From: Octopus vulgaris
Taxonomy: Eukaryota
Assembly (NCBI GenBank): GCA_951406725.2
Contig: OX597829.1
Coordinates: 28,272,001-28,336,000, forward strand
Direction of reading: 5' to 3'
Length of the DNA stretch: 64,000 bases
Under the pieces are notes generated by a model. The model was not told the origin of the DNA. It did not search any database and saw nothing but the letters and a program-made list of their open reading frames with translations. The position numbers and the translations under genes are program-made. This document shows positions 13,176 to 26,057 of this stretch, one piece after another. Position 1 is the stretch's first letter. Each line of letters starts with the position of its first letter.

Positions 13176-14540
13176 TCTGAGTTCAAATTCTGCTGAGGTT
13201 GACTTTGTCTTTTACCCTTTCAGGGTTGATAAAATAACTACCAGTTGAAGACGGGTTAATGTAATCGAGTTATCCCCTGCCCCTGAAATTACTGAGCATA
13301 AGCCAAACTTTAAAACTTGAGCCAGTCCTTCCTTTTCAGAATATCAGCCTGCTAGAATTTCCTCCCAGTTCATGTCTTCCCCACCAAGAGCTGACATTGC
13401 AAGAGAAACATTAATGGCATTAATCTTACAAGTGCAAGAAAGCCTGCAAAGGTAATGGACACTGAATTTTCTATCAGGCCGGGGCAAGGGTCGAGATTAA
13501 CTGTCCATGTTGAGATTCATCAAATCTTCTTGCAGTGCAAGGCTAAATATCAAAACAATAATGAATTTGTGTAAATGGTTCCACAAGACACCAGATGTTA
13601 CCAAGTTTACACAAGGGTATCTGTAACATTAATGTAAATCTAGCATATTAGTTCCACATGTTACCCAACTTTACATTTGGATTTTTCCATAATCCTTTGT
13701 ATAGTGTTTCATGCAAACAGAATTTCAAGTAATCTTAAACAGCTTTTTAAAAATCATACAATAATTATTCAGCCTTTTTTTCGTTTCATATTAATGAGAT
13801 TTCATAATTTATTTTTCATTTGTTTCAGTCATTAGACTGTGGCCATGCTAGGGCACCACCTTGAGGAATTTTTTAGTTAAATAAATTGCCCCCAGTATTT
13901 ATTTTTTTAAAACCTGCTACTTAGTCTATTTGTTTTCCAACTGGGGTATCTACTCTACAGAATGACACCTATACCTGTCCCTTGTATATCTTAAATCTCT
14001 CAATTAGCACAAGGCCAACCACCTTTTCCAGTTGAGAGGTTTTAGTCTTGCAAGGTGTTTGGTGACCCTGTCAATACTGATGTCACGTAAAATGCATTGG
14101 TTCTGGTGCCACATTAAAAGTATCATGTACACTCAGTAAAATGGTTGTTGTTAAAAAGGGCATCCAGCAACAGAAATCCTACTGAAACTGCCAATGGAAT
14201 CTGGTGCAGTCCCCAGTTTTGCAAGCTTCTGTTAAACAATCCAACTTATGCCAGTATGGAAAATGAACATAAAACAATGATAATTAAAATATATGTCATT
14301 ATCCCTGATGAAAATAACTGATATTTATTGCTACTGATTTCTAATATAGGCACCAGGCCACAAATTTGGGAGTGGGAGAGGATGAGTTGATTAAAGTGAC
14401 TCCAGCACTAAACTGGTACTTTAGTTTGGTTACCTCAGTGAAAGGTAAAGTCAACTTTGTTGAGATTTTAAAACACATTTAAATACCACAAGGTATTTCA
14501 TACAACACTAACTATTCTTAGATATTAAAGAAGGAATTAC

Positions 14541-14662
14541 CTGTTTCTCCATGAAGGACATTATAGAGTGATCCATGGACCATATACTGACTAATAACGA
14601 CCAAGTTAGGACGTTCATTACAACAGGCCAAAACAGGTAGAATATTGGCATGGTTGAATATC
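14541..14662 (-). CDS. ILK: ILK coding exon: RIFNHANILPVLACCNERPNLVVISQYMVHGSLYNVLHGET
   Basis: TTTTCAG acceptor, CAG|GTAATT donor; 122 nt, phase 2/1. RIF.H.N.LPVL and GSLYNVLH motifs. Confidence 0.96.
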
Positions 14663-14712
14663 CTGAAAAGTATAGAATATAATATCAGAATATATATGTA
14701 CACTTATATGAA

Positions 14713-15023
14713 ACAAAGAATGAAGACATATTATCAATGATATATTTAGCTTACATATGTTTCAAATAGTTTAGCACAATTCAATTGGTGCACATTGCAA
14801 TTTGCACATCTAATCATTCCTTCATTTGATCAATAAATTAGCCAGAATTACAGAGCTGCTGATTACCAAACTATTCTTCACAAAGTTAACATAGTTAATT
14901 AATTGATCAAATGAAATACTGATTAAATAAGAAAACCATAATGTGTAGCAGTCGCATTGTGCTAAACTATTCAAAACATTTGTAAACTAAATAAATCATT
15001 GATAATGTATCTTCATTTTTTGT
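14713..15023. mobile_element. MITE-like element with imperfect TIRs of about 68 bp
   Basis: 14713-14780 (ACAAAGAATGAAGACATATTATCAATG...TTTAGCACAAT) is an imperfect reverse complement of 14956-15023. Confidence 0.7.
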
Positions 15024-16559
15024 GATTAACACACTGAAAACAATTGGTAAGATACTTTAGATTTACAAATTGTACTGCTCATAAGAAATGTAAAACAACT
15101 TATACAGATTACTAAAATATCAACTGAACAATTTCAATAACTGGGTTCTATTTCTGTAGACTGCTTAAAGAGATATTCGCCTTATTTTATTTAATCCCTA
15201 TATTTATTCTGTAATAAAACTTCAGTTTACGACATAATTGAGAACATTCCATTTAGGAAGAAACATTTTTATGTTAATGAATGTGAAGACAAAAGCAAAA
15301 AATATAATGAATCTAATTTATATTTCAATTAAATAATTTTATTATATATTTTAATTAGACCATAATTTTGATAGTTTATATTCATCAGACAATATGAAAA
15401 TCCTTAAACTCAGAAGCCCTAGGATCTGACAAAGTTACAAACATATACTCAAGATTGAAAGAATCACTGGAACCCCGAACAACATCTAGAACTATTTAAA
15501 CTGGCACTACAAATTCCAAAGATACTTCTTCCTATGTGCATCCTTATGATATTTAGAAAATTTAAAGGTGGCAAGCTGGCCAAATTGTTAGAGCACTGGG
15601 AAAAATTCTTAGCAGCATTTTGTCTGTCTTAACATGCTGAGTTTGAATGCCACTGGGGTCAACTTTGCCTTTCATCCTTTCAGGGTTGGTAAAATATCCA
15701 ACATTTAATCCAAACACTATACATGAATATTATTAAATCAAGAATAGACAATTGCTTTAATAATAAGATTCATTTGCATCATTCTATCATCAGCAAAACT
15801 TTCAAATCTATCCCAATAAACCACATTTTTTTATTTAAAATTTTTTACATCCAAACCAAATGCAGTGGAAATGAACCTCCAAGACTGGTAGGAGGGAGTT
15901 AAGAAAAAAGGTATACACAAATCAGAGACTTGATCCCAAATGCTTGCAAGGCACCTAATGTGTCTAGATGGTGTTTTATTTTTCAAGTGGGTAAAAGATA
16001 AAAATCTACTGCCCTCATAGGTCATAGGCCTTGATGAAATTTGAACTCAGAATGCAAAGAACAGGAGCAAATACTTTTCTACTCTAGGCATAAGGCTGGA
16101 AATTTTGGGGGGAGGGAGTCAGTTGATTAGATCGACTTAATTTATCGACCCCTAAAAGGATGAAAGGCAAAGTCGATCATGGCGGAATTTGAACTCAGAA
16201 CATAAAGACAGATGAAATATTGCTAAGCATTTTGCCCAGCATGCTAACGTTTCTGCCAGCTCGCTGCCTTGAACAAGAGCAAATACTACAAGTTTAATGT
16301 TATGGCTGTTCTGCTAGTGCACCACCTAGATTAGTACTGACTTTATTGACCTTGAACGGATGAAAGTCAAAGGTGACCTTGGTGTGATTTGAACCCAAAG
16401 CACAGACAGAAGTCAGAACAATTATTAACAGACATTTTATCCAAAACTCTAAAGAATTTGCTAATTTAACCACCTTAAAGATTAAATATTCAATATCTTC
16501 TACTATATAAAATGTTGACCAGCAAACTATCTATCAGGTTGACAAGCCTGTGTAGAATA

Positions 16560-17200
16560 TAACAACAGAACATTTGATATCTGTTATTTCTCCAAGTGAA
16601 GTACCACAAGGTCCAATTCTTTCACCTACTCTTTTTTTGGAATCAATTACCTAACCAAATCCACTGACTCCCTTCTCTACAACAATCTCAAAGAACATCA
16701 TGACTGACTGACAATCCCACTCAATGATAATAAACATACCCTATACATACATATACACACACAGAAGAAAAGAAATTCCAAGAGTTACATTTTTGCAACA
16801 CTACCAGAACACAGAGAAGACATAGTAAAGTAAGCAAAACCATGTGTATTTGACCAACAGAAAGAAACAACCACATTAGCAAACAAACAATACATTAGAT
16901 CCATCAGAGAGTATTGAAAGCCTGCCTAGAATTCACAACAAATTACAAAACCTCTAAAATAGAACACAACATATCACCACAGGCTACACGCAGTCCATAC
17001 CCACTGAACACCAGCACAATAGAGCCAAAGACCACCAGGGCATGAGATGAGCACAGTTTATTGCTGCAGCAAGCAGCTTCCATCCCCAAAGTCTCTGACA
17101 CTATATGTACAGTCACCTCCATCGCTGAAACACATCTACAATACTACAGAACACTACAACATCCATCAATGTTATCTCTCGCTTGATAAACTTAAGAAAC
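16560..17200 (+). mobile_element. Heavily decayed LINE RT remnant (CR1/Jockey group)
   Basis: SEVPQGPILSPTLF at about 16596-16637 resembles the RT motif GVPQGSxLSPxLF; no open frame. Confidence 0.45.
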
Positions 17201-18113
17201 GCACATATACAGGATTAGTAACATCAATAACAGCATTAGTCACAAACACAGTGTTGAGATGCATAGTTACTAAAATAATGGTTACTAATTCAGGCACAAG
17301 ACTGGTAATTTTGAGAGGAAAGGGGTTAGTTAATACCATTGACCCCAGTACTTGAGTGGGACTTTACTGGAGTGATAATATGTGGGATTACAGCATTCAA
17401 CCTTTACCAGCAAGGAAAATAATGGATGTCAAAATGATGGTGATGATACATGAACAGGTAGATACTATCAGCTTCCAAATATACTCCCTTCGAAATCATG
17501 AGCAAAAAACATAATTGTACTTGTCTGATATTTAGTTCCCAATTGTTCAACCACCTCCCATAAGAAATCAGAAATATAAGATGGGTCTCAAGTGAAACAT
17601 TAAAAAAAAAAAAACACTGGATAAACTCCTAACAATGATACTAGACAAACAAATCATTCAAAGATTCACTCATGGAAGATCAGCTACTACAAACTCAGTC
17701 ATAGCCCAACTTCTAGTCATAAAGCAACAACAAGACAAAGAAAATAAATTAAAGCAGTGCTCCAGCATGGTCACATTCCTATGACTGAAACCACTAAAAG
17801 AATAATAGAAAGAATGACAGTGATGGTGATGATGATGTGGATGATGAGGATAGTGTACAAATAAGGCAGCAAACTTCGGGCCCATATTGGAAATTGATTC
17901 TGCATAATTCTATAATTTTTCCATTCTCAATAAAACTTTGTAAGTTCCTTGACATATTCTAAGTGTATGCTATATTTCTAAAACAATATATAACTAGCAA
18001 GTGAGTGTAATAAAAGTTCAAATAATTTGTGCAACTTAATCTTCTATAAGATATTAAAAAATGCATTTATTTGGAAGCATTTATAGCAGGAACTTTGGGA
18101 TTCTGATCCTTAC

Positions 18114-18223
18114 CTTAATCGAGGAAATTCTTCTTGAAAATCACGAGACATTCTTAAAGTACACTCTCTCAGTTTTAATTCTTTGGCCACAATTTCACTC
18201 CCCTGCCAAACACCTTGCAATGT
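18114..18223 (-). CDS. ILK: ILK coding exon (pseudokinase N-lobe): [36 protein letters not shown]
   Basis: TTTTAG acceptor, AG|GTAAGG donor; 110 nt, phase 0/2. WQG..IVAK and SRDF.EE.PRLR motifs. Confidence 0.96.
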
Positions 18224-19418
18224 CTAAAATAAAAACAAAATCAAACAGTTGTGACCATTAATTGCATTAACTTAATGTTTTCATTAGCATATTTCTAATA
18301 CCATTCATTACATTGTTATGTAAATAATCAAGAATTTGCAAAGATATATCAAAATAATCAATATTTTGGCCAGTATGGGGTAGATGTCTTCTACTATAGT
18401 CCCAGGTCGATTAAAGCCTTGTGAGTGGATTTGGCAGACAAACTGAAAGAAACCTGTCATATAGATGTGTGTGTAACTGTCTCTTTGCTTTGACATCACA
18501 TGATAGTTGTAAACAAGTGACAAGCAAGTGGTGTCCTTTGCTCTTAATCTTCTATGAAAAACATGTCTAGTCATGTGGAAATATGACCTTATTTGGAAAT
18601 AGGTAGGGCTTGGTGGCAAGAAGGGTATCTTCATAGAAAAAAATCTGCCTCAACAAATTGTGTCTGACCCATCTCATCTGAGCATGGAAAATGGGCATTG
18701 AAATGACAATTGTGATGATGATAACATTCTGTTGTTCTTTGGAACAAGATAAAAAAGATGGTCTTAGATGAAATTATGATTAAGTTAAATTTGAATATGA
18801 AATTTTTAAATTGAGAGGTTTTGTACTGGAGGTTTCAGGCATGGTGGTTTCAAAATGAGTCCAGCCACTAATATACAGAGGTGGGCTAAAGATCATGTGT
18901 CTTAATCACAAATTATAATTAGCATTTCTGAAAAAACTTTAATAAAGAAGCTTGCTTGCAAACCATGTGCTTTCATTTTCAGCCCCATTGCATAGCAACT
19001 TTGGCAAGTGTCTTCTACTACAACTCCAAATCAATCAAAAACCTTGTGAGTAGACTGGGAAGACGCCAACCAAAGAGAAGCCTGTCATGCACATACACAC
19101 ACCGAGAGTCTTTCAGTTTCCATCTGTGAAATCCACTCACAAGGCCTGGCTTCATAATGTTGTAGACTCCTAACTCTATATCTTCTACTGCTACAACAAA
19201 AGCTTCTGATCATCAGAACTTGTTACTTGCATACCCACTCTCAATATCAGCATCCCACTGAAATTCCCTTCTTGACAAAGTTTTTTGTTTTACAGACATC
19301 AAATTCCAAACTTTGGCAACACTAATCACATCAACATCAAAGTGATTGTGCCATCCTTCTGACAAAACCCATAAAAATCAAATTTACCTTGGATTTTAAT
19401 AGTTAAGTTAATACTTAC

Positions 19419-19504
19419 ACGTCCTGAATGGGTGTTGGCAAGTACATGTGCAAGCTTCAGTTGCGAACACTTAATACCAGTGTATCTGGATAATGTAGCA
19501 TCTC
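19419..19504 (-). CDS. ILK: ILK coding exon: RDATLSRYTGIKCSQLKLAHVLANTHSGR
   Basis: TTTTCAG acceptor, GTAAGT donor; 86 nt, phase 1/0. RDATLSR..GI and the HSG P-loop equivalent match ILK. Confidence 0.93.
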
Positions 19505-19749
19505 CTGAAAAGTTGAAGATAATTTTACATCAATAAATGAATTGAAACAATTTCTAATGTTAATGCAGTAGATTTTTTAATCGCTAGCATTTAGAATAAC
19601 AGCTAAACAATATACAACCTCTAACTCTTCAGTCAAATTACTAATAAAACATAAATACCTAAATACTAAATCTCACTTAGAAAAATTCTTATCTCCAGTT
19701 TCAAGCACTTTTTTTACTTTCAATAAAAATAATTATTTTCTAGCATATA

Positions 19750-20143
19750 CTCTTTTACTCTTTTACTTGTTTCAGTCATTTTGATTGTGGCCATGTTGAG
19801 CAAATCGACTCCAGAACTTATTCTTTGTAAGCCTAGTACTTATTCTACCTGTCTCATTTGCCGAACCGCTAAGTTACGGGGATGTAAACACACCAGCATC
19901 GGTTGTCAAGTGATGTTGGGGTGACAAACACAGACACACAAACATACACACACACACATATATATATACACACATATACACATATATACGACGGGCTTCT
20001 TTCAGTTTCCGTCTACCAAATCCACTCACATGGCTTTGGTCAGCCCAAGGCCACAGTAGAAGACACTTGCTCAAGGTGCAATGCAGTGGGACTGAACCTG
20101 GAACCACGTGGTTGGTAAGCAAGCTACTTACCACACAGCCACT
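19750..20143 (-). mobile_element. tRNA-derived SINE, family A
   Basis: Reverse complement of the 5731-6117 element. Confidence 0.85.
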
Positions 20144-20523
20144 CGTAAGCCTGTGTACAAAGCCTGAAATTTAGGTGAGGAAGCTAGTCAATATCATTTG
20201 ACTCCAGTACATTACTTGCACATAATTTCTATCAGCCCTAGAATGATGATAGACAAAGCTGACTTTGGTGGGATCCAAACCCAGAACATAGAGCCAGAAA
20301 AAATGCAGGAAGATATTTTGTCTGACACACTTAATAACTTTACCAATCCAATAATGATGATTCCTTACAAGTAAAAAACATATAACTATGTTTATGGTAT
20401 TTTCTATGATTTATTTTAACTATTTTTAAATATCTCTTGGTATGAAACAACAGTTTGAAAGTTTGTGATTATTTAAGACAGAAGACAAAAACGTGTTGTG
20501 GTCAGATGCAATATAATACTTAC

Positions 20524-20604
20524 GACTGCGGGTTTTACTACCAAGCCAACTTCGATCTTTGAAAGGAATCTTCTTTAGATCTCGAGCTAATTCAACAGCA
20601 CGGT
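20524..20604 (-). CDS. ILK: ILK coding exon (linker): DRAVELARDLKKIPFKDRSWLGSKTRS
   Basis: T-rich tract plus TAG acceptor, GTAAGT donor; 81 nt, phase 1/1. Contains the ILK motif IP[FY]KDxxWxGxxTR. Confidence 0.94.
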
Positions 20605-21212
20605 CTAAAGAGAAAAAAAAAAGTAAAAATAATAACTGTAAATATATGGAAATGTAAATATTTTGATTGTGCAGTTGAACTGTAAACTTTTAGCATTTAA
20701 ACCAGCCAAATTTGGCCCAAGTTTAGGTATCAAACCAATTTTATGTATCAAACTGTTCAGATCTGGCCTCTCACACCTACCCTACAATGTCACTCTAAAA
20801 TTAAACAACCATGCATCGAAGTCTCAAAACTATGAGATAATCCATGATTAATGCAAAATAATGTGTATTCAGAGCAATCTGAATACTAAAGGGTTAAAGA
20901 ATGATGAATCAAAGTGAAGAAATGACTCTCTCTGTCTGTCTGTCTCTCTCTCTGTATTTGTTTGTGTATGCGTGTGTGATGAAAAATTAACAGATGAAAT
21001 GGTACAACAATCACTGTCAATCTAAAATCTCAGAAGTGACCCATGCAAGCATGGAGAAGTAGACATCAAAATGATGATGATGACAACAATGATAATGACA
21101 TAGTTTTTTTAATGCTTTTTTTTTTTAGTTATTAAACAAGGTAAAAGCCAAAAACTCATGGTTTTTAATACATGAAAAATAACAAATTAAAAAAACAACA
21201 CAAAGTGAATAC

Positions 21213-21309
21213 CTTTTAAAACTTGTCTGAGAGCTGGTCTTGCTTTATCCAAAGGTGTTTCATCAAAGATATTTGCAATGCCTAACTGGGCTCCCATATT
21301 AAGAAGATC
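21213..21309 (-). CDS. ILK: ILK coding exon: DLLNMGAQLGIANIFDETPLDKARPALRQVLK
   Basis: TTGCAG acceptor, AAG|GTATTC donor; 97 nt, phase 0/1. Aligns with ILK [32 protein letters not shown]. Confidence 0.93.
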
Positions 21310-21705
21310 CTGCAATTTAAATTATCAAACAACATTACTTTTCAACCATTCACCTGATACCAATCCACCTGAGACCACCCTAAACTTACTTTTCTAAAGT
21401 AATCTGAATTAAAACCTTCCATCAAAATTTCGTGTTAATTTATGTTCCAAAATTTAAAAACAACAGAACTATTATACTAAATTCTTCATTATTTTCAAAA
21501 TTAACAGAAACAAAGCAAGTGATAATTTCAGCAGAAATATGCTAGCAAAATGGTTAAAAATAATAATTTCTTATTTTCTAGGCAAGCATGGTTTGTAAAT
21601 GTGTCAATTAATTACCATTCCAGCAACTGTATGTGTGCTTACTAGCACACATACAATCTCCTAATATAAGAATGAGCATAATGTTTTTATATATTTGCGT
21701 ATATG

Positions 21706-22096
21706 TAGAGTGTCTCTGTGGTAAGTAGCTTGCTTACCAACCACATAGTTCTGGGTTCAGTCCCACTGCGTGGCACCTTGGACAAGTGTCTTCTACTATA
21801 GCCTCGGGCTGACCAAAGTCTTGTGAGTAGAGTTGGTAGATGGAAACTGGAAGAAGCCTGTCGTATATATGTATATGTATATATATGTGTGTGTGTATTT
21901 GTGTTTGTCCCCCCCCCCAACATCGCTTGACAACTGATGCTGGTGTGCTTACGTCCCCGTAACTTAGCGGTTTGGCAAAAGTGACTGATAGAATAAGTAC
22001 TAGGCTTCCAAAGAATAAGTCCTGGGGTCGATTTCCTCGACTGAAGGTGGTGCTCCAGCATGGCCGCAGTCAAATGACTGAAATAAGTAAAAGAGT
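21706..22096 (+). mobile_element. tRNA-derived SINE, family A
   Basis: Same head, body and tail as 5731-6117. Confidence 0.85.
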
Positions 22097-25000
22097 ATAT
22101 ATTTGTCCAGAATCACACTGGACACAGGGGAGGAGAGAAAATAGTAATCCAGTGAAGGAGAAGTAGTAAGAGTAATAGCCCTTGACTGAGAGGGAGTGAG
22201 AGAAAGTAATAGCAATGAGAGAAAGGAAGGGGTGATAGATGAATAAGGAAGGAAGGGGTGAAAAAAATCAATGTTTCAACTCTGTGAGTATATAATAATG
22301 AAATTATTGTATACAGTGCTCAGATGCACCACATATGTATGTGTGTGTGTGTGTGTACAAGGGAAGTATGCGAATGTTTGTATGAGTGATTATTATGTAC
22401 CTTATTTTGTATCTTATTTATATATAAAATACTACAATTAGCTGTCATTTTTGATGGCATGGGGTCAGCTAGTGTGACTAAATAATAGATAACTGATAGG
22501 TTGTCCAATGTATACCAATACAAAACGAAGATGAGATGAAATTAATGAAACCCAAATTGTAAGCTAACAGTCTTAAGTATAAACAGATGAACTCTCTTTT
22601 ATGAAACACATCTACATATAATTATGAAAACTATACATCCTGTTGTTGGTGTATTAATCCTTTAAATGTTCACAGAAGCTAGCAGCTGTATGTAATAATG
22701 ACTACCACTACCACCACCAGTACTATCCTCTGTCCCATCAGTCAACAAGGGAACCTCAACCTGTTAGACACAGCAACCAAATCTCTCCAAACCCACACTT
22801 CATTTTAGAAAAAAAAATGAAGGAAACTCTGAACAAAATAGTCCATGGTATACAAAATGAATGGATTGTTACATCTTTTATCATAGGTTTGATTAATCGG
22901 AGCTGATCTGGGACTAAACAGTATTACTACCTCCACCACCACTATATATAACTGGCACTCTGTTGGTGACAATGACTAGGGTTCCAATCAATTGGAATAG
23001 CTTGCTTGTGAAATTAATGTGCAAGTGGCTGAGTACTCCACAGACATAGGAGCCCATAATATAGTTCTTAAGAGAGACTCAGCATGACACAGAATGTGAC
23101 ATGGTTGGCCCTTTGAAATACAAGTACAGCTCATTTTTGCCAGCTGAATGAGATGGAACAACGTGAAATAAAGTGTCTTGCTCAAGGACACAATGTACTA
23201 CCAGTGATCGAACTCATGATCTTACAATCATGGGCCGAATACATTAACCACTTCAGAAGAGTACTTTACAGGTGTGTCATTCATAAAAGAGATATCTCTC
23301 AGAAATTATATAGGTTACTAATTAACAGATTTCTATTCAGTTTATCTTGTCTTTCATTCATCTATCAAAATGTGAGAATCATATTCTGATTATACTAATC
23401 AAATTCCTTTACTTCCCCACTTGTATTGAACATTTACATATTTTCCCAGGTGACTATGACAAGCTTTTTGTATATATCATTAAAAGGAATTAAATTTACT
23501 TGATTATCTGACAGGCTATCAGATTCTTTTGTTACACAAGATGCAATAAAATAGCTATAATTATTACTAACCATTGATTGAAGACTATGGAGAACTCTGA
23601 TAGTTCACTAGAGGTATTAGGTTCTACACCATCTAAATAACATGACTATAGTGTGGATTCACTCTACTCTTAGCATTGTGGCAGGTATTTAAGATAGTGA
23701 GAAGTCTTGAGTAGTCTTGTCAATAGAAATTCTAATATAGTATATACAAACAAAAATGACTATATTTGACATGTCAACAGTAAATATATGGAAGATTATG
23801 TGAAATGTTTGATGGTGCATGACATGAATATAGATGATGACATGACAAGCAAAGAAGATGTGCTGTTGTATGTCAGTGTAAAATGTATAATGAACGTAAA
23901 GAAGTTTTATGAGTTGCGTGGAAAATGTAGGGGAATGTAAAGCAAGTGAGCAGGATTAAATTACAAAGGTGGCGAGTTGGCAGAATCATTAGTATGCTGG
24001 GCAAAATGTTTAGCGATATTTCATCTGCCGTTACATTCTGAGTTCAAATTCCATCAACGTCAACTTTGCCTTTCATCCTTTCGGGGCCAATAAATTAAGT
24101 ACCAGTTACACGCTGGGGTCAATGAAATTGACTTAATCCCTTTGTCTGTCCTTGTTTGTCCCCTCTATGTTTAGCCCCTTGTGGGCAATAAGGACTAAAT
24201 TAATATATGTACAAGATTTGTAGTGTTGTATGTAGAGAACAATACGGAGTGTATATAATATATATATGATAGCATATGACAATGAAATATGGGCAGTGAG
24301 TACAAAGTGCTTGAAGAGTAAAAAGATTCTTTAGAAAATTGAGCAGGAGTAATTAGAGGGAATAATTTATTACAAAGTCTTAAATAAACACTTGTTTGTC
24401 AAATCGAGTAACTTCATATGTCCTTCTGTGAACATACATCAACTTACTAGGGTTTCCCCCTCAATCAAATTTACTCAAAGGGCATTAGATGGTCTGGGGT
24501 AATAGTTAAGATACTGAGCATTGGAACTGAACTTGAAGTCAAGTTATTGTAAAGTAAACTTCTTAAGCACACAGTCATGCTAGTGCCTCTAATTTTCTTA
24601 ACTATTAAAACAGAAAAGTGATAAGATGGTGATGTGGAAGAATCATTAGCATGCCGGGCAAAATGCTCAGCAGTATTTCATCCGTCTTAACAGTCCGTGT
24701 TCACATTCTGCCAAGGTGGACGTTGCTTTTCATCCTTTTGGTGCCAATAAAATAAGTACCAGTTGGATACTGGGGTCAATGTGATCAACTTAACCATGCC
24801 CCCCAAATTGCTGGCCTTGTACCAAACTTTGAAACCATTATTACAGAACAATGCAATTAGCTAATAGTAAAATGATTAAGTTTTATGCCGTCTAAATTTC
24901 CAAGTTTCCAAATTATTATCCTATAATAGTGACCATCCATTTAATTTATTATTTGACTAATCCATATTATCCCATTAGCTCACATTAAAAAATAAACTTG

Positions 25001-25117
25001 ACAATTAGAGCACAGAGATGTGGACAAGCATAAGGAAACTTAACTTGATGATGAATAAATAACACATTTAGATCAGATAATTAAAAAAAATGCATAAAAT
25101 TATAGATTTTTATTTAC

Positions 25118-25213
25118 CTGTGATATATCACCATAGTTCCAAAAACAAGCATAGTGTAGAGGTGTGTTTCCGTGTTCGTTAATTGCATTTATATTGGCTT
25201 TGTTTTGCATCAA
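25118..25213 (-). CDS. ILK: ILK coding exon: [32 protein letters not shown]
   Basis: TTTTCAG acceptor, CAG|GTAAAT donor; 96 nt, phase 0/0. Contains the ILK motif [14 protein letters not shown]. Confidence 0.96.
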
Positions 25214-25333
25214 CTGAAAATACATGAAACACACAAATTTATATATATATATATATATATACCGGAGTAAACACATAAATGTGAAACAAGGTGGAAAAAA
25301 AGAGTACTCAAATACCAGTGGTAGAGTAATATG

Positions 25334-25556
25334 CTTTATTTAAAGCAGCAGAAAATTCAACAAAATCTGTTACTCTGAGTTTCTCGTTGCCGTTCATCAG
25401 ACAGTTTTTGCTAGAATGGAACCGATATATCAATTCAATCCAGAGTCTGGATTGAATTGATATATCGGTTCCATTCTAGCAAAAACTGTCTGATGAACGG
25501 CAACGAGAAACTCAGAGTAACAGATTTTGTTGAATTTTCTGCTGCTTTAAATAAAG
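25334..25556. repeat. Perfect palindrome (111-bp arms, 1-nt centre) in a (TA)n tract; probable inverted Penelope-like terminal repeat
   Basis: 25334-25444 is the exact reverse complement of 25446-25556. An unpaired extension of about 70 bp lies at 25262-25333, with TA runs on both sides. Confidence 0.92.
25486..25523 (+). ncRNA. Minimal type-I hammerhead ribozyme motif (mirror copy at 25367-25404, minus strand)
   Basis: CTGT-CTGATGA-ACG(GCAA)CGA-GAAA-CTCAGAG-TA-ACAG: canonical CUGAUGA/GAAA core, GUA triplet, GNRA-capped stem II with a mismatched base pair at its base. Confidence 0.75.
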
Positions 25557-26057
25557 TATATATATATATATATATATATCAGCAACATCATCATCATTGA
25601 CAAAACAGCCATTTTTCCATACTTTCATAAATCAGACAGAGTTTAATGGTGCAGATTTTCAATGGTCAGATGGCTTACCAGTCACCAATTAGTTTTCCCA
25701 TTTCCAGCAAGATAATACTTTTCCATGGCCAGACATGCTTTCAAAGAATATTGGAAATGAATGACACTGCTTGTTTGGCATTGACATGTACTGTCAATGT
25801 TAAAACAAGGAAACACAACCACAAACACACACACACACACCAGGTCTTTCAGTTTTCATCTACCAAATCCACTCACAAAGTTTTAGTCATCCCAGGGCTA
25901 TAGTAAAAGGTGACAGGCAGCAAGACTGAACTCAAGTGGTTGCAATGTAAACTTCTTAACCATACAGCCACACATAGACCTATTGAGCAATTTCAATTTT
26001 AACCATAAATATCATGCAATACTTCATCTAATAATGCTTCATTAATTAAACATACAT

